Shown: positions 1-13,962 of the stretch, piece after piece
Position numbering within the stretch: the stretch's first letter is position 1
Layout of the letters: each line of letters begins with the position of its first letter
Assembly (NCBI RefSeq): GCF_006345805.1
Contig: NC_043019.1
Coordinates: 8,121,360-8,185,359 of the forward strand
DNA: 64,000 nt
Direction: 5' to 3'
Source: Octopus sinensis
Lineage: Eukaryota
The notes under the pieces: model-generated
What the model was told of the DNA's origin: nothing
The model's database searches: none
Seen by the model: only the letters and a program-made list of their open reading frames with translations
Program-made: the position numbers and the translations under genes

Positions 1-430
1 ATATATATGCATACACACACACATATACATATATGAATATACTTATTTATACAATATATCTATAATGAAATTCTGTAAAAAAAAAAACTTATTACGGGTT
101 GTACTGCCTGTTCTTTATTACTCAGAAATTTCATAACTTGACAACGTTTTTATACAATTGACATACCACAGAAATATTATTGGTACAAAAAAGAACTAAA
201 ATTTAATAAGTACACATCCTCGTATGCCAACAGATATACATTTACAGCGAAGCATTAACTTTCACACAACCCACATAGACGCTCAAATACAGACAACGAA
301 ACGTTAAATTGAAAACAGGAAGCTATAATATCGGGAAGTAGGGACGTGGGCGACTTGTGTAGGACAAACAAATGAGGAGATGTAAAACAGAAAATGATAG
401 AACGAATTTATGATTGCATATATACGTACA

Positions 431-476
<46 letters not shown>

Positions 477-915
477 ATACATGTATATGCAGATAGAGAA
501 ATACACATATATATATGCGTATGTAATTTATATATGATTTCGTAGTGTTGACAAAAATACATTCATATGATTCTGCTGTATGGTGTGTATTGTTTAGTGA
601 ATTATCAGTGAAAATTCACGCTAAGAAAACCAGACTTGATAGAATGAATGAAACCAGACGACAGTTATATAGTATTTCGAAACAATAGTAACATAAAAAT
701 GATAAATAAATGTAAAAGAAAAAAAAAAAGATAATAATGACAACATCAGTATAAACGGTAGGAACATTATGATTGGACAAAAAGAAAAAAAAAACGGGGA
801 AAAAAAGCTCTAGAAATTATGGCATGAACTGAAGTGGAACGAAGCGTATTCGGTATGAACGGAAGTGCGCGGAAGCGAACGGAATCTGGCGGAATGGCGG
901 ATCAGACGAAAGACG

Positions 916-953
<38 letters not shown>

Positions 954-1056
954 TATATACATACATATATATATATACAAATATGTATATGTATATGTAT
1001 ATATATGTATATATATCATACAAATATATATATATAGAACATATATTATATATATA

Positions 1057-1102
<46 letters not shown>

Positions 1103-1530
1103 ATATATACATACATATGTACACGTATGTTTGAATGGATATATATACATATATATATATATATATACTAATATGTATATGTCTATGTATGTCTATGTGT
1201 ATATATATATATGTATATATAAATATGCGTTTGTAAAGCAAATTGTATGAAGTATAATATAAATCTTTATTTAAAAAAGTATCGCTGGACATTGTGGATT
1301 ATTTGGTGAATTAATGCCATTGAATATCATATTAATAACGGAAGAAAACCTAATATTCAGAGAAAAAACGCAGACGGCAGAAATTCTAACAATGCCAAAA
1401 GTGTATTATACAAAAAAATTTCATTACAAGCATGTATGTATGTGTATAAGTACATATATTTATATATATGTATATATAATATATATAATATATATATATA
1501 TATATTATATATATATATACACATATATAA

Positions 1531-1577
<47 letters not shown>

Positions 1578-3892
1578 CATATATATATATAGATATAGAT
1601 ATAGATATATATAATATCTACCTATCTGAATGTTCGTAGTAAAAAGCATATCCGAGGAAAAATAGTCAGGAATGAACATACAGAGAAATAGTTGGAATGG
1701 AAAGCGTATTTGAATTATTATTTGGGAAAGGAAATATAATGAATATTTTAATGATAATAATACTATTCTCCTTATTATATCGATAATAACATCAATAATT
1801 ATATTACAGTTTTGTATTGATTAGTAAAACAATATTAATGTCAACAACGTAGAAATGGCTTTGGTTTGGTTCATAAATACTGGTTATGTAGATTTGAAAA
1901 CACTGAAAAGAACCACACATATGGAAGTCGTGTCTCGTATTACCTAATTTTTGAAGTCTTTTAATTCGCCAAAAGAAGAGTGTTACCTTCAATCGCCAAC
2001 AAATGAGAGATATCTCGCCTAAGTATAGCAGCATCGTATAGCAACATCTAAGTGCCGCTTTGACGTGCTAACAATGATCACCACTTTAAAATGCTATCTC
2101 TACAGAATTATTTTTTATCAAATGAAGCGTCGAAACGTCCAGTGATGGCTCCAGTTTCTAGAAATAGCACTGCTAACATATGTTGGACACAGTATTGATT
2201 AATACACCTTTAATTCGTTTTTCAGTAAAACATGTTTGCATAATGAACTTCGCCGTCGCTGCCTCCAATCAACATGTACGTACCACTGAACAGAAATGTG
2301 TTTTTTATATGAAATTGCTCATTCATTTGCGTTATAAAGCTTTACATATCGCGACTATTTAAGCAATTTGTTTGTGGATGGTTAATAGTTTGGATGTGGT
2401 GTCGAAGAAGGAGCCAGAAATAATTCTGAAATATGCATAAACTCCCATTACCGATTTTTCACTATTCTTTCACATTGTTTACATTCACGTATTTGTATCA
2501 TGAACTCCCTAACCTCCAGTGCGGGCACTAATCCCTATAGAAAATGTATACAGAAAACTTTAAAAAGTGATATCCATCCATCCATCCATATATATATATC
2601 CATCCATTTTACCCGCTCATTATTCCTGCGAGATTCATGTTAGTAGAGCCTACAGGTATCTCTTCCATTGGTTTTTCTCAGAAAAATCCTTAAATACACC
2701 TGTAAATAATGAAATTTAAGGCTATATTGAACGGTGAGACATATTTATTTGTTTAACTGCTATAGTGGTAGTTTTGTTGCTGTTAACCAGAGGTCCACCC
2801 TAATGAAACAAGGAAGTAGCACCGAAGGCGTTCCAGCCGGGACCATCCTCCTTTTATTGTAGAATTACATCAAAACTCGTAAATATACAGAACCATATAT
2901 CGGTTGTGCAATGGAGTAGAGATGTCATCAGCTTAATTACTCCTGGGTGATAACTGCACCCCTCTGCCAAGCTATGTCGAGCGAGAGTGTCAGAATAGGT
3001 TCTTCAAACCATTCTCCCATTCTCTGACGAAGAGAACATGCTGAGTACTACGTCTTGCAACAGACTGATCATAGGCAATCCGATCCAATCGGGGATCGGT
3101 TTATACTAAGATGATAAGGTGTGATATGAGGGATGATTGACTATTACTTCTAGTAGGTCAATAGAATCACATTGACACTTCTTCAAACTTTCGTTAAGAA
3201 TTACTTGTTGTTGTCATTGACGTCGTTGCTGTTGTTACGGTTGTTTAGCCCCGGGTCAGACCTCATGGAGCAAACGCATGATCATACAAGTTACACCTTC
3301 AACTGTTATGTATTCGCTTGTAAAGCAATTAGTAAATTCGAAGTACCATATCCATTAGTAGTAGTAGTAGACCATGGTTTGAGGAAAGTAACTACTATTT
3401 CTAACAACTTATACTATCGCATAAAAAATTTCCTTCATTGTCAGAAGTCCGGCTTTGTTCGTAACGGAGGCATAATATCGTAACTTCTCTCAAACAAGTT
3501 TCCATATTCCATTTCGCTTTGATGAAACAGAAATGGCCGACTGCTTACGAAAGCTTTTTTTTCTTCTTTTTTTATTATATATATTATTTTATTATTCCTT
3601 TCAACTCACCGAAAATATCATAGAATAAAATATTTTCAAAAGTCCTTTCTGCGACTGAATTGATTCTGAGATAATTCCAGATAATCGATTATCGCTTTCT
3701 TGTGTATTATAATACTCCTTCTGTGTGTGTACATTTAGCTGTTTCCTATCAGTCAGTAAGACACTGAACAACTGAGGCTACGAACCTTATGGACGTAAAT
3801 TCAATACTGTATATCCTGGGTTTTTGAAAAAAAAACAAAAAACAAAAGACGAAAGGAAAAAATCGAAATATCTATCATATATATGTTTGCAT

Positions 3893-3950
<58 letters not shown>

Positions 3951-4054
3951 ATATATATATATATATAATATATATATATACATACATATACGAGAGAATG
4001 ATTAATACAGACATACAAACATACATACATACAAACATCCATACAAATGTAGAC

Positions 4055-4093
<39 letters not shown>

Positions 4094-4105
4094 TATATAT
4101 ATATT

Positions 4106-4140
<35 letters not shown>

Positions 4141-5268
4141 ATATGTATATATGTATCTATATATATAATATATATGTTTATAATATATGACTATATATGT
4201 ATATTATATATATGTGTGGTATATATGTATATGCGTACATACATGCATACAAACATACATACGACATACAGTAATATGCCAAAATTTGTTTTTATTATTT
4301 TGTGTGTGTATCGAAAGTCACAGTTGTGTATAGATATTTGATGAAGAATGTATCGCTCACAGATAATTCAAGATAATAGCGTAGCCGTAGAATTCAACGT
4401 AGTAATGCAACTAACATCAAAGACTCACAGCATTGGTAACTAAGGAATTCTAGAGTTATGAGGATAATCTTATTACCAATAGGTTATTCTATGATTGAAT
4501 TTCAGAAGTTCTCCTTAAAACTTTCGATGAAACTCTTCAGGGGCATGTTCGTTAATTGGTAAGCATGAATATAAATCATCGCAGTGTGCAAATTCTACAT
4601 GGCGAGCATATCATCCGATTCATGGTTCCACCATAGACACCAACTGACGCAAGTTGATCTAATAAATTCGATTCTGTAAGGTCAAGACAATGAACCCCAG
4701 TCCACGGGAGAGTTTTATAGCTCGTCCGCTTACTCTTTTGGCTCCATCTCTCTCATTCTCACTTTCAACATTTCTCTTTATACTTACGTACATGCATATA
4801 TGTGTGTGAGTACATGTCTGTGTCTGTCTGTGTCTGTGTGTACATATATGTTGTTCTCCATAGAATTTCATAAAGGATTCGTTCTGTATGAAGTGGATCA
4901 CATCTTTTATATACACTGAAGACTATAATGGCTGTAACTTTACCCTGGTTTCTTTGACGGCCAGCACTTTGAATCTTTGAAGCGAGTCGAATTCACCAAA
5001 TTGTCGCTTGACATGTTACAAATAAAAACTAAATCTTACTCCAAACGCAATTATCTTTTTTTTTCTTTTGAAAAAAAAAATAACAAAGCAAAAGAAACCA
5101 AAATACGATATATGTGATAACGTAGTCTTGGATATAATATTCCAGATAACAGAGAGATACCGGAAGATGGAAAGTATTTGATCATAGTTCAACTCAAGTA
5201 GAGATGCCCCGGAGCTAAAACGGCAACAACTGTAGATCTGTCTACCCACACCAACACATATAAGTATA

Positions 5269-5303
<35 letters not shown>

Positions 5304-6169
5304 GCGTGTATAGGTACATAGGTATGTATGTGTGTAAGGAAAATAACAAATATCACGATTGAAATTATAAGACAAATGGGGGAGAAATAAGCAGTCAGTG
5401 TGCTGATTCATCGAAACGAAAGTTCGCCTCTGAAATGCGTATAAATGTGAATGGATAAAAGTCGGAGAAGAAAGACCCGGAAGTGGGCTTGATGTTTCGG
5501 GTGCGACATTGTACCAAAGAGAGGAGGAAGAACTGAGACGTATAAAAAGAGATAAATGATCATATAACCATAATAAGGTGCCTGCTGGCTGTCTTGCTGA
5601 ACTGAAATGTCAATTGAAATTGTATGTCTCTCCCTGGGTGCCTTTAGTCGCAATATCTGGTGTGTGACCACTGATTTCGTTGCATTTGTGTAGTGAAATA
5701 ACTCAGAGTATGTCTGCAAGCTGGAAAAATTGTCGTATCTGCTAACGTATTCTGTCTGGAAATATGCTTGTAACATTTTGTATTCATCTCTTCGGGGTCG
5801 ATGAAATCGACTTGGCCCGCCCCTTAAAGTTCAGGCTTTGTGCCTAGAAGAGAAAATATTATTTTTATTATCACTGTTCAAAATATGGTTTTAGGCAAAT
5901 TTATACTGCATCACCTGTTACACTTCTGAGTTGCTGGGGTACGTAGAACATTGTTTGTCCTTTTCTGTCGTTGGGATTGTGCAAACTCTCCCCTGTATTG
6001 TTTTGCGTCAGTTTCTACTTTCAATGGAGTGTTGTGCTGTCTTTGGTTATATTAGTGCTTGCATTGTGCGCAGTGTTTGTAGTTCGTGGCTTATCTAGTC
6101 TGTAGGTTGTAGTTTAATCAAACAGTAATTTCCCTTTGTTTAACGGTCATTTTCATAGCATTTTTTCCG

Positions 6170-6338
6170 ATGACCGGGTGACTGAAGAGATGGTGGTGTG
6201 GATTTCCACCTCGGCATCCGAAACTCTGAGTTTTATCTTGGCTATTGAATAATTGTCACATAATACATTTGCAGATAAATTCCTCTATTTACATAATATT
6301 CTCTTTCTTTCTTTTGTTGCCTTACCATTTTTATCAAT
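6170..6338 (+). mobile_element. Penelope-type terminal-repeat fragment ending in (TA)n
   Basis: Homologous to 35380-35518 and 38128-38396 (gataaattcctctatttacataatatt..ctttctttcttttgtt..cttacc..ttttatca). Confidence 0.7.
6176..6238 (+). ncRNA. Type I hammerhead-like motif
   Basis: GGGTGA-CTGAAGA-GATG..(GTGGA tt TCCAC)..CATC-C-GAAA-CTC t GAG-TT-TTATCT. Stem I pairs using G-U wobbles; stem III is quasi-palindromic. Confidence 0.6.
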
Positions 6339-7084
6339 ATATATATAAAGGAGACAAATATTATTTCTTGTCGTATATACATGAAACATGGAGATGGAAA
6401 TAGCACAGAATTAAGTTTAAGTCATTTCAATTTAAGAGAGAATTTAATAAAAGATTATATAAATAAAAATATTATTATTACCGGTTTTCATGTATTTCAT
6501 CAAATATTAGTAAAAATTTATTAAAATTTATAAAAAGTTGAAAAATTTGAAGTAAAAACAGTACACAGACACACACACACACATATACATATATACACAA
6601 TATCTCTTATTTTTTATTATTTTACATGTTTCGGCCTTGAGGTTGTGGCCATACTGGGACACCGGCAGGGTATATGTAAATATAATTTTTCTATCTATAC
6701 ATCTATATATCATTTATCCATCTATATATAACATCTATTTGTCTACATATTTATATGCATATATACGTGTGTGTTTGTGTGTCTGTTTGTGTGTGTGTGT
6801 GTATGTGCATGTGTGCATACGATATGGATGAGAATTTTTTTACGTAAACAATAAGAAAATAGGAATAAAGGAATAACTCTTTATTTGATAGTAATTTACA
6901 ATTATAAATTAATCGGATTGAGAACTCTACGGGGAAGTAATGTACGGATAAAGCGGAAAACAGTAATAAAAAACTATCATGAAATTTCTTATTGTCGGAA
7001 GAGGGACCAAGGAAATTACAGGTATGATTTACAAATGTTCTACATAAGGATGATTAAAGTAACGATAATAGCAGTATTAACGGT

Positions 7085-7224
7085 AATTATGATGATGGTA
7101 GTGATGATGATGATGACGACGATGGTGGTAGTGATGGTGGTGGTGACGATGATGAGATGAATGTGATGGTGGTGGTGGTGATGGTAATAATGATGATGAT
7201 GATGATGATAGTGACAGTCAATCC

Positions 7225-7271
<47 letters not shown>

Positions 7272-7275
7272 TAGT
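7085..7275. repeat. Compound (GAT/GGT/AAT)n microsatellite
   Basis: Direct observation. Confidence 0.95.
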
Positions 7276-7465
7276 AATACTTTTGCAATTATTGGACATC
7301 TTCTAAGATTTCGTTTCTAATATTCACAAGAGAAATCATTATCGATCTGAGGAATTGCCGATATCTTCCAATTGGAAGAGAGAATATGATTGTCTTAAAT
7401 TATGGCAAATATTGTGTAAACATCTGTAAGCTAGCACATGTAAATACATGGGGCTTATTTCACTT

Positions 7466-7496
<31 letters not shown>

Positions 7497-8020
7497 CAAC
7501 TATACAGACCTTTCTACGTGTGAATTATTATGTCGTAATATATTTAGTATATCCAACCATTTCAGTAGTATTTGAATGCTTGTGAATTGTGTTCAATTGG
7601 CTAATAAATACACTCATATATACATACATACATACATACATTGGGACCCTGGTATATGTAACACACTCTCTAAATACCAATCTTGAGAAATTAGGTTTCT
7701 CAAACCAGAAAGGAGAAACCTAATTTGAAGACAACAGATCCAATCCATCATTGGAACTGTAAAAATCTGTAACACTTTTCAGAGGTTTAGCATTTGAATT
7801 TATACAAGCTTGTCTAGATATGTAACTATTTGCATGAAACTCTAGACATAAAACAGAAATCTGCATATACATACATACATGTGTGCATGCAAACAAGCAA
7901 CAATACCCTGTTGTTGATGTTGAAATTCCAATGAAGGATTTTGGAATCTAGGTTAGAAAATGGTTCTTTCTCTACGGACCAGAAATATTGGAATAAACTG
8001 AATGACATACATACATACAT

Positions 8021-8059
<39 letters not shown>

Positions 8060-8290
8060 AACATATATTTGTGTGTGTGCATTATATATAGATATATATA
8101 TATATATTATATATATAATATATATATGTATGTGTGTGGTGTGTGTTGAAGACTAAGACAACGTGTCGCATGGTCCAAGAATCGAAACTACAGTGTTACG
8201 ATCTTCAGTACAATCACTACTCAGTAAGCCGTGTGCAAACCCGCAAACATATACATCCATACACATACTAACATACAATATACGTCTGTA

Positions 8291-8331
<41 letters not shown>

Positions 8332-8414
8332 TAATATATATATTATATATATATATTATTAGTATATATATAACATACATATATATGTATATTCATACAT
8401 ACATATATACATAA

Positions 8415-8448
<34 letters not shown>

Positions 8449-8957
8449 TTATTTATAGTCTTCTAAGAGGACAGCTACCACAATACTGTGATGTGCAGTA
8501 GCAATGATTAATAAGGCCACGAAGAGCAACAATACCATCAGCAGTCTTCATCCTCCGATGCATTAATAAAATAACAAGGCAAACCAACCGCAGAGGCATT
8601 GCTTGGTCTTTGAACTAGTTGAATTAGCAACCAATTTACCTCCAAATCATGGGTTACTTTTAAACATGGTCAGGGGAAATTCGATGTCATAGTTTTATAT
8701 AACTCTAAAAAGATGTGGCATCACTTTGATCATGACAGTGTTTAATCAAAGCTTAAAAGGGCTTCGAAACCAACACAAGATAATGGAATATTTTGTCTTT
8801 TCTGCCACTACTTATTGCATTATATGAGAGAGGAGATGGAGAAAGACATATACGTAAAGTATATATATATATATATATAATATATCATATATATATATAT
8901 ATATAATTATATATGTATATATACTTACGTACATATATATATATATATTATATATAT

Positions 8958-8991
<34 letters not shown>

Positions 8992-9215
8992 CATGTATAT
9001 ATATATTATATATATATACATGTATATACATAAATATATACATATATATATGTATATACATAAATTTATACATACATACATACATAGAGGAAGAGAGATG
9101 TAGAGAGAGATTGTGATAGAGTTTGAGAGGGATAATTACGGGAGAGAAAATGTGAAATGTGTGCGGTTGAGAAGAGAAAAAGCAGGAAAAGATAGAGAGA
9201 GGTTATTCAGTAATT

Positions 9216-9247
<32 letters not shown>

Positions 9248-9356
9248 TGGGGAGTAGGGAAGTGTGTAAATAGGTAGAATCTATATACGTTTATCTCTAG
9301 AAGTAATAGTTTCAGTAGATGAAAGGGCGATGGATGGGATGATAAAGTCATCTTAC

Positions 9357-9535
9357 ATCATGCGTATTGAAATGAATAGCTTACAACACAACCACGGAGA
9401 TAACACACGCACACACGCACACTTTCTCTCTCTCTCTCGCTCGCTCATCGATTCATTCACTGGCTGACATCTTAATACAGCTATGTGCACATAGTGCAAA
9501 CATCTGATTTCCACATTCTGCTGCGTTTTCAGAAA
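9357..9535 (-). other. Candidate first exon (copy 1) ending ATGAT|gtaaga
   Basis: Conserved with 18916-19110 around the ATG, splice donor and upstream AACGCAGCAGAATGTG. Confidence 0.4.
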
Positions 9536-9699
9536 GAATTGTTGCACTTATTCTTATAATCACGAAATAAACTAACAAAAACTGTCACCAACTCACGCAG
9601 AAACTCACATAAATATACGTAGCACACAGACACACGTCAGAGACAATCTATCTATATATCAATCAATCTATCTATCAATCTGTCAGTCTTTGACTGTGT

Positions 9700-9745
<46 letters not shown>

Positions 9746-9844
9746 TTCTGTTGTCTGTGTGTGTATGTATATATATATATATATGTGTGTGTGTGGTGTG
9801 TGTGTGTGTGTGTGTGTATATGATAGATAGATAGATGATAGATA

Positions 9845-9979
9845 GATATAAAGTACAATTCCTTTGTAATCAGAGGCGTTCGTAAACCGAGGTACTACTG
9901 TGTTAAATGAATATGAGAAAGGAGATAAAGTACGATTTATTCGTGATCAGAGTTGTTGGAAAACCGAGGACCTACTGTA
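9845..9979. repeat. Diverged direct duplication, ~55-bp unit
   Basis: ataaagtac..atcagag..aaaccgagg..ctactgt occurs twice, about 78 bp apart. Confidence 0.7.
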
Positions 9980-10165
9980 TACATAATCCGATGTTAGACC
10001 CTTTCCTTTAGCCACTACATAAGATAGCCAATAATCTTTGAGCCTATAGTAAATATTATATACAGAATTATCCTTCGTTACCACTTCTGTAGTAAATGCC
10101 GAAGACTCAAATATGTTTGCAAAAACAATACTAGGAAATTATAGCTCTAACAAAAAAAACTAGGT

Positions 10166-10240
10166 GGGTAGTTGGAGTAATTGGTTAGCACACACATCTC
10201 GAATATATATGAGATGTGGGTTCGATTCTCCTGCGTGCCG
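10166..10240 (+). pseudogene. tRNA-derived sequence (tRNA pseudogene or solo SINE head)
   Basis: A box TGGAGTAATTGG and B box GGTTCGATTCTC at tRNA spacing; stems are imperfect. Confidence 0.5.
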
Positions 10241-10279
10241 TCGGACGGGGTTAATATGTTTCGTTACTATAGTATTTTA

Positions 10280-10510
10280 AGGCGGTGACCAGGAAGATAC
10301 GTTAGCATACAGGGCGAAATTCTTAGCGGTATTTCGTCTGTCTTTACGTTCTGAGTTCGAGGTCGACATTGCCTTTCATCCTTTCGGGATCGATAAATTA
10401 AGGGTCAGGGTTAGTGTCGAAAAATAAATACCAGTTGCGTACTGGGGGCTTGTAATCGACTAGCCTCCTCCACCAAAATTTCGGGCTTTGTGCCTAGAGT
10501 AGAAAAGAAT
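10280..10510 (+). mobile_element. SINE family B
   Basis: Similar to 27965-28194. Confidence 0.8.
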
Positions 10511-10654
10511 ATTATACTATTTTCTTTATCCATTACTCTGAGATCGCTAATAACCTTTAAGCGTGTATGTGAATATATATTGACGTTATCAACGTGATAT
10601 ATTTATGAGATATACCGGAATATCACTATGTATATGGCATTTTGCAACATTTAA

Positions 10655-10867
10655 GCTACCGAATGATGACACCCCGCTGGCTAGTGAAGCAAGCAAGCAT
10701 TCCCCTAAGTCCGAAGGCTAGTCTATCGCACGCTTAAACATTCACAGATGAGTAGACTGGAGAACCGTAAAATGAAGTGCTTGGCTCAAGAACACAGTGC
10801 GGTCCGGATTCGAACTGACGATGAAGCGATCGTGAGTGACACACCTTAATCACTAACCTCTGTTCCT
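10655..10867 (-). mobile_element. SINE family C, degenerate, tail type Z
   Basis: agtgcttggctcaagaacac..ggattcgaac. Confidence 0.7.
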
Positions 10868-11332
10868 TAACCACACACACACACACACATGTATACGTAT
10901 ATAGATATATGTGTGTGTATAATCGTACGTATTCACATTATTTTTTCGTGCATGTGTTTATACGCCCATGCAATCACCTCCATACATATACACCTGTATG
11001 TGTAAATGCATACAAAATGGGATTACAAAATGACTGTCATTTAATTTGAGCATCTCTATGTGTGTATGCGTACTCATACATACATACATACAAATTCTTT
11101 TTTGTCTTTCTTTTTAAACTGAGGATCATTAAACGAAACCCACATATCCTGCTGGCTTTCAACAGGATGCGGTGAATATTTTTTTCCTACCCATAAAAGT
11201 CAGAAATTATTTCGTCATTGCCAGTGCAATCAATAATAATATTTTACCAAACATTACGATAAAAACCGCAGCAGGAAAGAAGTGAATAACTTTAACCGCA
11301 CCACCAAACAACACCTCAACAGGAACATCAAC

Positions 11333-11370
<38 letters not shown>

Positions 11371-11693
11371 CTAACAGTATCTTGACAATCAGGGAAGTGA
11401 TAATGGCCCCAACTATAATAAAAAAAAATGTATTAAAAATATCTGAAGAATATTCATCGATTTAGCTATTAATGTGACAATCTGATATTTTTGTAGTTGA
11501 CTTCAGTAAAACGTAGATGCAGTTTCAAAGACTTATCAGAGAAAATGATCTCACATAAATGTTGAACCCGATGCTTTTCGCAAAGATGACTTAATACAAA
11601 CTTGCTACTGGGATAAACAACATCTGCAATAATAACCACTCTGACCTTGTATGTATGTATGCATGCAAGTATGTATGTATGTACGTATGCATG

Positions 11694-11761
<68 letters not shown>

Positions 11762-12154
11762 GAGAGCGAGAGAGAGAGGAGGGATAGATAAATAGATAAA
11801 TATATAGATAAGTAGATAGATATATATATTGATAGATTGATAGATAGATAGATACACAGATATGTAAACAAAGGCATTCAAGATCGTTGACTCGTAAACA
11901 TTGATAAAAACAACATGGCTGTCAAGTGATAAAACTCGGCCGCGCATAGAAGAGAGTAACAACAGCGTTAGTAAGAATGATAACAACAACAACAATAACA
12001 ACAACAACAACAACTGCATGAGGGCGCAGCTACGCTGTTACATGATTTACTTAATACAGCATCTAAATAAGGGCAATAATTTTTCAATTGCAATTTACGG
12101 TTTTGCAAACGCAGCATGATATAGATTAAGGCAGCTGTAGATATATGCATAAAT

Positions 12155-12530
12155 AAATGCGGATGTGTGGTAGGAAGCTTACCTACCAACAACAAGGTTC
12201 TTGGTTCAGTCCCATTGCGCTGCAAATTGGGTGTCTTCTACAATAGCCACGGGCCGACCAATGCTTCGTGACTGGATATGGATCAGTGGTTAGAGTATCG
12301 GGTTTGCAATGGTGAGATTGTGAGTGCGAATCCTAGACCGGGCTGTGTATTGTGTTCTTGAGCAAGACACTTTATTTCACGCTGCTCCAGTAAAATCAGC
12401 TGTAGAAATGATTTGCGACGTCACTGCGCCGAGCAGTATCGGTCTTTGCTATGCCCGACCTTGTGCCATGGAGGGGAACATTCTAGATGCACCCCGGTTT
12501 CATTCGTGACCGAAGGTTGTCATTACCATT
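12155..12530 (+). mobile_element. SINE A head followed by a family C (tRNA + CORE-like) SINE
   Basis: ggttcagtcccattgcg.. then cagtggttagag..tgtgttcttgagcaagacactttatttcac. Confidence 0.7.
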
Positions 12531-12747
12531 TACATTTTGTGATGACGAAATAGTACCAGCTAAATTTGCTTCTCTTAAAAAATTTGACTTCGAGATAAGA
12601 TGGGCACATTGACGTGTGCAATGTAGTTTTAGATAAGAAGCATTGAGTTGTTTACGTGTTGGAATTTTGGAATATTGATTGATTCCTCATGTTGGAAATC
12701 GAAGTAAATCATTAGAGCGACATCTAATATTTGCGCACCAATAATGC

Positions 12748-12955
12748 GCCGAGCTGGCAAAATCGGTAGCGCACCGAGTAAAATGCTTGCGGGCATCTCG
12801 TCCGTTTTTACAATATGAGTTCATATTCCGTTCAGACTGACTTTACCTTTCATTCCTCCGAAGTGGATAAAATACGTACCAATCAATGGGTCGATGCATG
12901 CAGCTTACGCCTCCCCAAGAACATGCTGCTCTGGTGCCAAAATTGGAAACCAATA
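12748..12955 (+). mobile_element. SINE family B, degenerate
   Basis: gagctggcaaaatcggtagc..ctttacctttcattcc. Confidence 0.75.
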
Positions 12956-13755
12956 TCTCTCCGCCAACATCACACGAAAGAACGCTAAAAAGCCAAAAAC
13001 AAAAAATAAAAGAAAAGAAAAGAAACAGACAATGTTGCAGTCTCACGCAAGAAACGAAGGATCTTAATGTTAACAGCAGCATCAATAATTGATCGAACAA
13101 CTGATTCCCCATCGTCTAAACCATTAATTGCTCTAATACAAACTGCATGTATAGATTTGCGCTAAAAATCAATCTGTCCTTTCCTAAAGCGTATGAATTA
13201 AACTGAAAATAATAATTATTGATTTCTTGAAATTATCTCGGCTATTCTTTGAAAGCTTCTGACTACTGCCGTTAGGTGTTTGATTTCTTTCTCTTTGTGA
13301 AAGAAAATAATTCAATATACAAAGAATTGATTGTTTACGTCATTCTATATATCTCTAACAAAGTAATATGTGCGCTGCCAGTTACAATCAAACAATCGAT
13401 TTATCCATCTATCTAAACATATACATACATAAGTACACACGCATGCATATATGTAAGTATATATCTATGCATATCTGTACATACACAGATATAACGTCAT
13501 ATATGAAAGAAATAGTTACATGGAAGTTTATTTAAGTATGTAAAAATTTAAATGTTACAGCAACTTCTTTCGTAACTTCTGTAAATAATTTGTGTTATTA
13601 TATTTAATGTTAAAAACACTACTAACATATCTGCAATCATGTAAAATGCGAAATTCCTTATGAAATAATACAGAATTTGAGCTAGATCCTCAGGTGATAG
13701 AAAGATATAAATGTATCCATATAAATACACACACACCACACACACCACACACCAC

Positions 13756-13787
<32 letters not shown>

Positions 13788-13962
13788 TATATATATGTAT
13801 ATGTATATATAGGTTATGGGCGGTAATGGTGTCAAGAAGACCCAAAAGTATCAGGTAATGCTGAGTAAGTGCTATGGGCAGATTATAGTGCAGCTCCAAG
13901 GCGGTGAGATTTCAGAAAAATTATATATATATACATATATACATACATATTTTATGTTTCAG

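Noticed and set aside
4515-4548. CTGAAGA-G..C-GAAA on the minus strand
   Set aside because: No stem I or stem III pairing.
5408-5776. 122-aa minus-strand ORF
   Set aside because: No recognisable motif and no consistent splice structure.
11119-11145. CTGAGGA..GAAA motif
   Set aside because: No supporting stems.
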